Assembly (NCBI GenBank): GCA_000387965.1
Contig: APJZ01000002.1
Location: forward strand, 60,001 to 92,000
From: Candidatus Nanobsidianus stetteri
GTDB taxonomy: Archaea; Nanobdellota; Nanobdellia; Nanobdellales; Nanobdellaceae
Reading direction: 5' to 3'
Length of the DNA: 32,000 nt
Shown: positions 22,426 to 30,594 of the stretch, piece by piece
Numbering within the stretch: position 1 is the stretch's first letter
Layout: the number at the start of each line of letters is the position of its first letter
The notes under the pieces: model-generated
What the model was told of the DNA's origin: nothing
Database searches by the model: none
The model's input: only the letters and a program-made list of their open reading frames with translations
Position numbers and translations under genes: made by a program

Positions 22426-23969
22426 ATTTTTCTCAATAAAGAATCTTTATCAATATAATATAGCCTTACATATTCAGCAATTTTTTTATTTTCTCTTATA
22501 TTTTTCTTTACCAAATAATCTATTACTTGTTTTTTCTCTTCTATTGAATCTTTAAAACTTATATTTGATCCAACCCTATATTTTAATGTTTCTTCAGTAT
22601 ATTTTCCTAAATCTTTTTTATCAAATGTATCATTTTCGAAATTCCACTTTATAACTGTTTCATTTTCAATCTTTCCATTTAAATATTTTCCAACTTCAAC
22701 AATTTCTCTTATCCTTCTAGCAGAGGGAGAAATATTCCTTGCCCTCATTGTAAATACTACAGCATCCAATAATGCAACATGATCTGGAGTTAAATTAATT
22801 GGTGCTGTTGTTAATCTTCTTATTAATGCCCTCCAACTATCGGTATGTATAGTTGATAGTGCAGAATGACCAGAGGCCATTCCCTGGAACATTACATATG
22901 TTTCTTCTCCTCTTACTTCTCCAACTATTACATAATCTGGATTTTGTCTAAAAGATTCTGATAATAATCTATACATATCAATTTCTCCATAGTATTTATC
23001 TCCAACAAAGAAACCTTTTCTTGTTGTTGCAGGAATCCAATTTTCATGATATAATTGTAATTCTCTCGTATCTTCAATAGATATTACCTTTGCTTCTGGT
23101 GGTATAAATTGAGCAATTGAATTTAGTAATGTTGTCTTTCCAGAAGATGTAGAACCTGCAATTAATATATTTGCTCTATATTCTACTAACGTCCATAAAT
23201 ACGCAGCAATTTCAGAATCTAACATGTTTGATTTTATTAAATCTACTAATGATAACATTTGTTTTTTGAATTTTCTTATTGTAAATGTTGGACCATGTGT
23301 AGTAATTTCTTGCGAATATGTTGCATTTACTCTTGATCCATCATCTAATGTTGCATCCAAAATTGGTTCTGCATAAGATATATGTTTCCCAGCCTTTTGT
23401 GCTAATTTTACTATAAATTTATCTAATTCATCCCTAGATAAAATTATATTTGTCCTTAATATTCCAAATTTATTATGATGTACATATATTGGTATATCAT
23501 ATCCATCACATGAAATATCCTCAATAAATATATCATAAAATAATGGATGAATTTTTTCATATCCTAACATATCCCTCCATAAATAATAATAATATTTTAT
23601 GAATAAATCTTTACCTATTTTTATTTTATATCTATTTACAAATTCTTCCAATTTTTTTATTAACACATATTCTTTATTTTTATTTAAAAATTCTTCGGGA
23701 TCTTTGTACATTTCATCCAAAATATATTGTTTTATCTTTTCTATTAATATTCTTTCTTCATCAGATATTTCTGGTTCTAATAATTCATATACAAGTTCTT
23801 CAGATATATTATCATAATAAATATGTGCATATGCAAGTTTTCCAATTAGTGGATAAATTATATCAATTTTTGATTTATCGATGTTAGATTTTATATCTGG
23901 TATAAAAGATTCCTTTTTTATTTCATTATCAAAATATTTTAATATTTCTTCTGCAACAATTTTTTTCAT
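22422..23969 (-). CDS. FlaI/PilB/VirB11-family secretion ATPase
   Basis: Walker A is IAGSTSSGKTTLLNSI. The Asp box is VISIEDTRELQL. Walker B and the His box are NPDYVIVGEVRGEETYVMFQGMASGHSALSTIHTDS. Confidence 0.9.
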   Translation of the reverse strand: MKKIVAEEILKYFDNEIKKESFIPDIKSNIDKSKIDIIYPLIGKLAYAHIYYDNISEELVYELLEPEISDEERILIEKIKQYILDEMYKDPEEFLNKNKEYVLIKKLEEFVNRYKIKIGKDLFIKYYYYLWRDMLGYEKIHPLFYDIFIEDISCDGYDIPIYVHHNKFGILRTNIILSRDELDKFIVKLAQKAGKHISYAEPILDATLDDGSRVNATYSQEITTHGPTFTIRKFKKQMLSLVDLIKSNMLDSEIAAYLWTLVEYRANILIAGSTSSGKTTLLNSIAQFIPPEAKVISIEDTRELQLYHENWIPATTRKGFFVGDKYYGEIDMYRLLSESFRQNPDYVIVGEVRGEETYVMFQGMASGHSALSTIHTDSWRALIRRLTTAPINLTPDHVALLDAVVFTMRARNISPSARRIREIVEVGKYLNGKIENETVIKWNFENDTFDKKDLGKYTEETLKYRVGSNISFKDSIEEKKQVIDYLVKKNIRENKKIAEYVRLYYIDKDSLLRKI

Positions 23970-23984
23970 ATAATTTTAACCTAT

Positions 23985-24224
23985 CTATGAATTTTTAATT
24001 ATTATAGTACCAACTGGATAGTAATAACCCTGATAGTACAACAAATTTGATTGATTATTTAATTTTGCATCTTCTAATGTTAAATTATATATTTGATTTT
24101 TTATTATTGAATTTCTATAATTTAAATTATTTAGATAATTATAATAAAATATTAAGGAACCTGATATAAATAATAAAACTAAAAAAATAAATAATACTTG
24201 CTCTAATAATAATTGTGTTTTCAT
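23985..24224 (-). CDS. small pilin-like protein (candidate)
   Basis: The N-terminus MKTQLLLEQVLFIFLVLLFISGSLIF has a very short charged leader, a Glu about 5 residues in, and then a hydrophobic helix. The remainder is N/Y-rich with sequons. It lies between the 172-aa protein and the ATPase in the same operon. Confidence 0.4.
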   Translation of the reverse strand: MKTQLLLEQVLFIFLVLLFISGSLIFYYNYLNNLNYRNSIIKNQIYNLTLEDAKLNNQSNLLYYQGYYYPVGTIIIKNS

Positions 24225-24739
24225 TGTATTATTGAATATATTGATGTTTGGTTTTTAACTATATTTAAATTGCAATTTCCATAACATACTCCTGTGCAAT
24301 TATTTGTCAATATTATTAATGATAAATAATCCTCAAAACATCCATATAATGTAATATTATTATTATTTTCCAATAAATAATATCCATTCATTTTTGGATC
24401 ATATACATAATAGTTTCCATATGAATATATTAATTCTCCTTGATATGTTATATTATTTAATGTTGTTTTACAAAAATTATTAGATTTAATTAATGTTAAA
24501 TTATTTAAACAATATATATCATATCCATTTAAATTAAAATTTATATTAAAATATAAGTCATCTTCTAAATTATTTAATACATTTTCTATATATTTTGATT
24601 CATATTGAAATTTATTTTGATTATAAAAGTTTATTGCATATATTTTATTGTTATTCCACCATGTAAAAACAAAATAAAATGTAAATACAGATAGTAAGAT
24701 TATTAGAATATATTCAATGTAAATATGTATTGATTTCAT
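24221..24739 (-). CDS. pilin-like / pilus-associated exposed protein (candidate)
   Basis: The N-terminus is MKSIHIYIEYILIILLSVFTFYFVF. An N/Y/C-rich domain with N-x-T sequons follows (NNLT, NNIT, NNCT, NQTS). The stop overlaps the start of the 79-aa gene. Confidence 0.4.
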   Translation of the reverse strand: MKSIHIYIEYILIILLSVFTFYFVFTWWNNNKIYAINFYNQNKFQYESKYIENVLNNLEDDLYFNINFNLNGYDIYCLNNLTLIKSNNFCKTTLNNITYQGELIYSYGNYYVYDPKMNGYYLLENNNNITLYGCFEDYLSLIILTNNCTGVCYGNCNLNIVKNQTSIYSIIQ

Positions 24740-24754
24740 AAAAATATATTAACT

Positions 24755-26083
24755 TTATATATTAAATATTTTTCTCTGATAATCTTCTAAGAAAAATATA
24801 TCTTCTCCCAATGTATATCCATAATCTGATGCAATATTATAATATGATGCCTTTTTATTTATATCTCCATGATTTGGTATTATATATTCAGGATTTAGCA
24901 TTTTTAATAACATTATATGATCTTGACTTTTTCCATGACCTGATACATGTATATCCTTTATTATTTCTGCTTTTCTTCTTTTTAATCTTTCTTCCAATAT
25001 TTTTCTATTTGCTTCATTTATTGGATGTGGAATTATATTATTTGCAAATATTACTGTTGTATTACTTAGATCAAAATTATATTCTCCCCTTGCCAATCTA
25101 TCTAAAATAGAACCAGGTTCACCCTGATGTCCAGTAACAATTAATAAATATTCTTCCTTATTTTTTTCTACTCTTTCTAAAACTTTTTTATAATCCCTTG
25201 GATCAAAATATACCTCCGCTTCTTTAGAAAAATTGTATAAATTAATATTTTCTGCAGCACTAATATATTTTCCCAAACTTCTTCCAATAAATATTGGTTT
25301 TCTATTTATTTCTTTTGATAATTCAATTATTGATTTTAACCTTGCAATATGTGATGAGAATGTTGTTATAATTATTCCTTTTGTATCTATTGAATGTAAT
25401 ACATCATATAACATATATTTTTCAATAATTTCTGATTGTGATTTTGAATTTTCTTCAACCCTTGTTGTTTCACAAATTAATAATAAAACCCCTTCCTTTC
25501 CAATTTTCTTTAATTTTTCTTTATCAGGTTTTTTACCAATAATTGGAAAATTATCAAATTTAAAATCACCTGAAAATATTATATGACCTTTATTTGTTTG
25601 AATATCAATCATTAATGATTGTGGAATTGAATGAGTAATATTAATAAAATTAATTGAAATATCTTCTGAAATTTTAATTGAAGAATTTGGAGATATTTTT
25701 TTTAAATCATTTGGTAAAATAATTCCATATTCTTTTTCTTGTTGTTTTATTAGTTCAATTGTATATGGAGATGCATAAATTGGAACATTATATTTTGGTG
25801 CAATAAAATTTACTGCACCTATATGATCTAAATGTCCATGTGTTAATATTATTGCCTTTACTTTATCTTTATAATTTTCTAAAATTGAGTCATCAGGTAT
25901 TATATCTAAATCATATAATTCTTTTAATGGTTTATTAGTTATATCTTCCCTTTCTCCAAATTGAGATACTTTATCTACATTTATTCCAATATCTATTATA
26001 ATTATTTTATCATCAATTCTTATTGCACTCATATTTTTTCCTATATATGAATATCCACCTATTGGAAAAACTTCAATTTCCAT
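24755..26083 (-). CDS. rnj: beta-CASP ribonuclease J (archaeal RNase J)
   Basis: IGGYSYIGKNMSAIRIDDKIIIIDIG and ILTHGHLDHIGAV (HxHxDH). At 442 aa, and with a GKN rather than GRS N-terminal motif, it fits RNase J better than aCPSF2. Confidence 0.8.
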   Translation of the reverse strand: MEIEVFPIGGYSYIGKNMSAIRIDDKIIIIDIGINVDKVSQFGEREDITNKPLKELYDLDIIPDDSILENYKDKVKAIILTHGHLDHIGAVNFIAPKYNVPIYASPYTIELIKQQEKEYGIILPNDLKKISPNSSIKISEDISINFINITHSIPQSLMIDIQTNKGHIIFSGDFKFDNFPIIGKKPDKEKLKKIGKEGVLLLICETTRVEENSKSQSEIIEKYMLYDVLHSIDTKGIIITTFSSHIARLKSIIELSKEINRKPIFIGRSLGKYISAAENINLYNFSKEAEVYFDPRDYKKVLERVEKNKEEYLLIVTGHQGEPGSILDRLARGEYNFDLSNTTVIFANNIIPHPINEANRKILEERLKRRKAEIIKDIHVSGHGKSQDHIMLLKMLNPEYIIPNHGDINKKASYYNIASDYGYTLGEDIFFLEDYQRKIFNI

Positions 26084-26140
26084 TATATGTAAATTATACT
26101 TTATGATAAATTTTATAAGTAAATAATACGATAATAAAAT

Positions 26141-28600
26141 ATGAAACTATTAAAGATATTTATATTTGGATTAATGGTTATTTTAATATCAAGATTTGTA
26201 TATTCTCAGGGATGGTATCAAGTTACTATAACAAATTCTCAATCTCAAGCAACTCCACAACCTTTCCAACAAGATATAGCAATATGTAATGGAAGTATAA
26301 ATATTGGTCCTAACTTTGCATATGTAAATAATCCAACATTATTTAATGAAATAGATTCAAACGGACAAAATGTATATTTTTCTACAAATTTAGGAAGTTC
26401 TCCAAATATATATTCATGGTATGAAGGTCAATTAAATTATGGTAATACATATTGTGATGTATGGTGGATAAATTTACCTCAAGGAATTAATGCTAATTCA
26501 GAGATAACAATATATATGTATATAGGATCTTCTAGTGATAATTATTATTTTCAATATTATCCATATGTTGGAGCTTCTACTCCAGTAGTTTCAGAATATG
26601 TTAAAGATTATGATAATGGTCAAGATGTATTTATAGCATATGGATATTTTGATTATACACTTGACGGATGGAATGTTGGTGTTTATTCTGGATCCTGGTC
26701 TCCAACACCATCCTCCTGCGGCGTTGAAATGTTAAATGCTAGTAATAATGAAGGTACATACATTTTACCACCAAATGATGGAAATATTCCAAAAATACCT
26801 TTAATTGTTGAGGAAGCCTGGTATTACACTGGCTTTGGGCATGCGAATGTAATAGCATTGTTTGGAACTAATCAGCAAATTCAGGCTGCCAGTATTGGAG
26901 ATACATCAGGTGGATATACACCAACATCTGATTCATCTACATTTGTACAATTTCAGTATGCTCCTACAAGTAAGCCACCCAATAGTCAAGCAGTTATGTT
27001 AAAATCTGCAGTAACAGGTCAATATTTAAATTATACATATTTTCCATATCTATATGTTTCTGAAGGTGGAACTATTTATTCATATTTAATTGTTACCTCC
27101 AACTATGCGGAAGCGGGATATTATATTTATTCTGATATTGAGGGGTGGATTACATGGGCCCCAATAACATTATTAGATACATATACTTATAATGTATATA
27201 ATTCTAATAATATAAATGAAGGTCTTTCAGCATATACATATGCTAATTTAAATTATAATCCTTTCCAATATGGTACATTAGAAATAGGCGCTGGGGATGG
27301 AGATGGTTATTATACATCAACTCAATGTGTTCAATGGGTAGTAGCGAGAGCATATCCTCCAAATGGTGTAATGCCTAGTATTTCCATACAGCCTCTCGTT
27401 TCAGTTGAATATATTATAGTAAACCCTCCAAGTTATTCCCCACCTCCACCAAGTTCTTCTTACATTTGTCCAGGTACTCAAGTATCATCAACAGTAACTG
27501 CTTATTTAAACAATCCATACAATGTTCCTGCAACAGTTACTTTTTCTTGTTCAGCACCTTCAGGTATTTATTGTTCATTTTCTCAAAATTCATGTACTAC
27601 TAGTGGATCTTCTTGTTCAACAACATTGTATGTAAATTTATCTCCATTAATATCTCAAGGACAATATTCAGTAACAGTGACAGCTTCAACTGAGGAATCT
27701 TTATCATCAGCGACGCTTGCTATTAATGTAGGTCAATGTTCAGCTCCAGTTACATCTGTTCAAGTAAGTCCTCCAAGTTCTTCTTACATTTGTCCAGGTA
27801 CTCAAACATCATCAACAGTAACTGCTTATTTAAATAAACCTAGTAGTGCCTCTACTACAGTTACTTTTTCTTGTTCAGCACCTACTGGTTCTGGCATTAC
27901 ATGTTCAGTTAATCCATCATCCTGTACTACTACTGGATCATCATGTTCAACAACATTATATGTAAGTTCATCTTCATCAACACCTCAGGGATCATATCCT
28001 ATAAATGTAATAGCCTCAATTCCTGGATCTTCATCACAATCAACGTATACTCTTGATGTGGGTCCTATTTTAATTTATAGTCTATCAACTTCAAACATTC
28101 AAAATTCATATACAGGTTGTGTCTATTACGGTATAATTCAATTGCAAGCAAGTATTCAACCAATTAATACAAATAATACATATGGACCAATTGGAAATAA
28201 TTTAGAATTTAGTTTAGGTTATCCAGAATACATTTTAACATTAAATATAACAAATATAGGAAATATAGCATTAAACAATATTACGATAAATTTATTACAA
28301 GAAGGAAATGTACTAGAAATATTATATAATGGAATTCCAATACAATCATTAAATAATATAAATATCGATCAATTACAACCAAATCAATCATATATATTAC
28401 AGTTTAATGTATTACCATTATATATCGGATCTTCATCATTATTATTAAGTTTCAATGTAAATGGACAAAATATTGGAAATGCTCAATATAATTTAATTGT
28501 AAATGGACCTTCAAATAGTTCTTCATTAATTGCATCAGAAAATATTAATTATATATTAATTTTGTTAGGAATAATTGGATCAATAATATTCTTAATCTAG
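26141..28600 (+). CDS. large secreted, C-terminally anchored surface protein (DUF2341/LamG-like N-terminus, Cys/Ser/Thr-rich tandem repeats, CARDB-like domain)
   Basis: The signal peptide ends in FVYSQG. GWYQVTITNSQ ... NVYFST ... YSWYEGQLNYGNTYCDVWWINLPQGINANSEITIYMYIGS resembles my recollection of the DUF2341 pattern. Two 108-aa repeats lie at nt 27449-28063. LTLNITNIGNIALNNITINL ... LQPNQSYILQFNVLP looks CARDB-like. The C-terminal TM helix is YILILLGIIGSIIFLI. Confidence 0.7.
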   Translation: MKLLKIFIFGLMVILISRFVYSQGWYQVTITNSQSQATPQPFQQDIAICNGSINIGPNFAYVNNPTLFNEIDSNGQNVYFSTNLGSSPNIYSWYEGQLNYGNTYCDVWWINLPQGINANSEITIYMYIGSSSDNYYFQYYPYVGASTPVVSEYVKDYDNGQDVFIAYGYFDYTLDGWNVGVYSGSWSPTPSSCGVEMLNASNNEGTYILPPNDGNIPKIPLIVEEAWYYTGFGHANVIALFGTNQQIQAASIGDTSGGYTPTSDSSTFVQFQYAPTSKPPNSQAVMLKSAVTGQYLNYTYFPYLYVSEGGTIYSYLIVTSNYAEAGYYIYSDIEGWITWAPITLLDTYTYNVYNSNNINEGLSAYTYANLNYNPFQYGTLEIGAGDGDGYYTSTQCVQWVVARAYPPNGVMPSISIQPLVSVEYIIVNPPSYSPPPPSSSYICPGTQVSSTVTAYLNNPYNVPATVTFSCSAPSGIYCSFSQNSCTTSGSSCSTTLYVNLSPLISQGQYSVTVTASTEESLSSATLAINVGQCSAPVTSVQVSPPSSSYICPGTQTSSTVTAYLNKPSSASTTVTFSCSAPTGSGITCSVNPSSCTTTGSSCSTTLYVSSSSSTPQGSYPINVIASIPGSSSQSTYTLDVGPILIYSLSTSNIQNSYTGCVYYGIIQLQASIQPINTNNTYGPIGNNLEFSLGYPEYILTLNITNIGNIALNNITINLLQEGNVLEILYNGIPIQSLNNINIDQLQPNQSYILQFNVLPLYIGSSSLLLSFNVNGQNIGNAQYNLIVNGPSNSSSLIASENINYILILLGIIGSIIFLI
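27449..28063 (+). repeat. two tandem 324-nt (108-codon) intragenic repeats
   Basis: Unit 1 starts at 27449 and unit 2 at 27773. Both open with the identical 33-mer CCAAGTTCTTCTTACATTTGTCCAGGTACTCAA. Further identical runs follow: TCATCAACAGTAACTGCTTATTTAAA and ACAGTTACTTTTTCTTGTTCAGCACCT. The protein units are PPSSSYICPGTQ.SSTVTAYLN...TVTFSCSAP...C...SCTT.GSSCSTTLYV. Confidence 0.85.
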
Positions 28601-28635
28601 GAAAAATATTAAAATTTTTTAGTTATATTTTTTAG

Positions 28636-30534
28636 ATGGACCTAAATGAAAAAATAAAATTCTTTATTAATAAAGGATTCTTTTATGAATCTCAAAGTAT
28701 ATATGGAAGTAGATCTGGGTTTTATGATTATGGATCTTTAGGTACATTATTAAAAAGAAGATATGAAAATTTATGGAGAATATATTTTGGAAAATTATTT
28801 GATAATATATATGAAATACAACCTTCAGAAATAATGCATAAAAATACATTTGTTGCATCAAGACATTTAGAATTATTTAATGATCCAATTGTTGAATGTA
28901 AAAATGGACATAGATTTAGGGCAGATAAATTAATTGAAGAAAAATTAAATATTAAGGCTGAAAGCTTAACAATTGAAGAAATGAATAAAATATTTGATGA
29001 AGAAAAGGTTGTTTGTCCTGAATGTGGATCAAAATTATCAGATGTTAAATTATTTAATTTAATGTTTCCAATATATGTAGGACCTGTATATGATTTATTC
29101 TTAATTTTAGAAGAATTAAAAAGAAAATATGGTTTTTTAATAAAAAAATATAGAAAGATAAGTGAAAAAGAACTAAATTATATAATAAAAAATTATTTGA
29201 AAAATAAAAAATTATATTCAATAAATTTAAATAATGAAAAATATATATTTGATGAAAATAAAGAAATAATAATAAAGATTAAAGATAATGAATATTATGT
29301 TTATCCAGAAAATATTGAAATAAAAGAAGAAAATGAAAATTATTTAGAAAAATTAAATAATGCTGAAGAAATAAAAGTAGATTATGAATTATATGATTTA
29401 ATAAAGAATTATATTGAATTAAAGAATAATGAAATGTTTTTAAGACCAGAAACTGCACAGGGTCCATATGTAAATTTCCCAATTGAAATAATAATTAATA
29501 GATATAGATTACCTTTAGGATTATATGTGATTGGAAAAGCATTTAGGAATGAAATATCCCCAAGAAATGCATTATTAAGAATGAGGGAATTTACGCAAGC
29601 AGAATTACAAATTTTCTTTGATTATTATAATAATCCATTTGAAAATGAATTTGAATTCTATAAAGATAAATATATTAATGTATTATTAGTAAAAGATAGA
29701 GATAAGAAATTACCATATGTTGAAAAAAGTTTGGAAGAAATATATAATGAAACAAAAATAGACAAATTTTATTTATATTTCTTATATAAAGTATATGAAT
29801 TTTATATAAATATATTAAAAATACCAAAGGAAAGGATAAGATTTTATCAATTAGCAGATAATGAAAAATCTTTCTATAATATGTATCATTTTGATATAGA
29901 AATATATTTAGATGAAATTGGATGGACGGAAGTTGGAGGAATACATTTTAGAGTATTAAGATTTAATAGGGATATAATTAATAAGGTTGATGAAGAAATA
30001 AGGAAAGATGTCGAAAATTTATTTATTGGAAATGAAATATATGTTGGATATGATCTATGGAATCATTTTATATTATCAAAAGATAGAAGATTTATATTAA
30101 CAAGACCAAATGGATCAAAATTTATCCCAGTTGAATTAGAATTATCATTTGGAGTTGATAGAAATATATTTTCATTATTATTAATTAATTATGATGGAAG
30201 AATACTAAAATTACCAGATTATTTATCTCCAATTCAAATTGCAGTATTTCCATTATTAGAAAATAATGAAAATATGGTAAAAGTAGCTAAGGAAATTTAT
30301 AATAAATTAAGAAAAAGATTTGATGTATATTATGATGATTCTGGAAGAATTGGTATAAGATATAAAAGACAGGATGAAATTGGAACATTTTATTGTATTA
30401 CAGTAGATGATCAAACATTAAAGGATAATACAGTTACAGTAAGATTTAGAGATACAAAAGAACAAATAAGGATAAATATAAATGATTTGGAAAAGTTTTT
30501 TGAAGAAAAATTTGATATTTGGAAAATTTTATAA
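28636..30534 (+). CDS. glyS: glycyl-tRNA synthetase (archaeal/eukaryotic alpha2 type)
   Basis: GFYDYGSLGTLLKRRYENLW and LRPETAQGPYVNF. Motif 2 is IGKAFRNEISPRNALLRMREFTQAELQIF. Motif 3 is ELSFGVDRNIFSLL. The C-terminal anticodon-binding domain reads IQIAVFPL ... GRIGIRYKRQDEIGTFYCITVD. Confidence 0.9.
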   Translation: MDLNEKIKFFINKGFFYESQSIYGSRSGFYDYGSLGTLLKRRYENLWRIYFGKLFDNIYEIQPSEIMHKNTFVASRHLELFNDPIVECKNGHRFRADKLIEEKLNIKAESLTIEEMNKIFDEEKVVCPECGSKLSDVKLFNLMFPIYVGPVYDLFLILEELKRKYGFLIKKYRKISEKELNYIIKNYLKNKKLYSINLNNEKYIFDENKEIIIKIKDNEYYVYPENIEIKEENENYLEKLNNAEEIKVDYELYDLIKNYIELKNNEMFLRPETAQGPYVNFPIEIIINRYRLPLGLYVIGKAFRNEISPRNALLRMREFTQAELQIFFDYYNNPFENEFEFYKDKYINVLLVKDRDKKLPYVEKSLEEIYNETKIDKFYLYFLYKVYEFYINILKIPKERIRFYQLADNEKSFYNMYHFDIEIYLDEIGWTEVGGIHFRVLRFNRDIINKVDEEIRKDVENLFIGNEIYVGYDLWNHFILSKDRRFILTRPNGSKFIPVELELSFGVDRNIFSLLLINYDGRILKLPDYLSPIQIAVFPLLENNENMVKVAKEIYNKLRKRFDVYYDDSGRIGIRYKRQDEIGTFYCITVDDQTLKDNTVTVRFRDTKEQIRININDLEKFFEEKFDIWKIL

Positions 30535-30594
30535 TATTCTTCATGAGAAGGTAGTTATTAAATAAATATAAAGTTCCATGAAATTATAAAGAAT

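Noticed and set aside
27449-28063. Tandem repeats as the template/variable repeat pair of a diversity-generating retroelement
   Set aside because: Both units are in frame within one gene. Their differences include indels and are not restricted to adenine positions. No reverse transcriptase gene is in the window.
29080-29430. K/N/E/I-rich insertion of about 100 aa in GlyRS as an intein or foreign element
   Set aside because: There are no intein splice-junction residues or endonuclease motifs. Alpha2-type GlyRS proteins normally carry a variable insertion domain between motifs 1 and 2, and the composition matches the rest of the genome.
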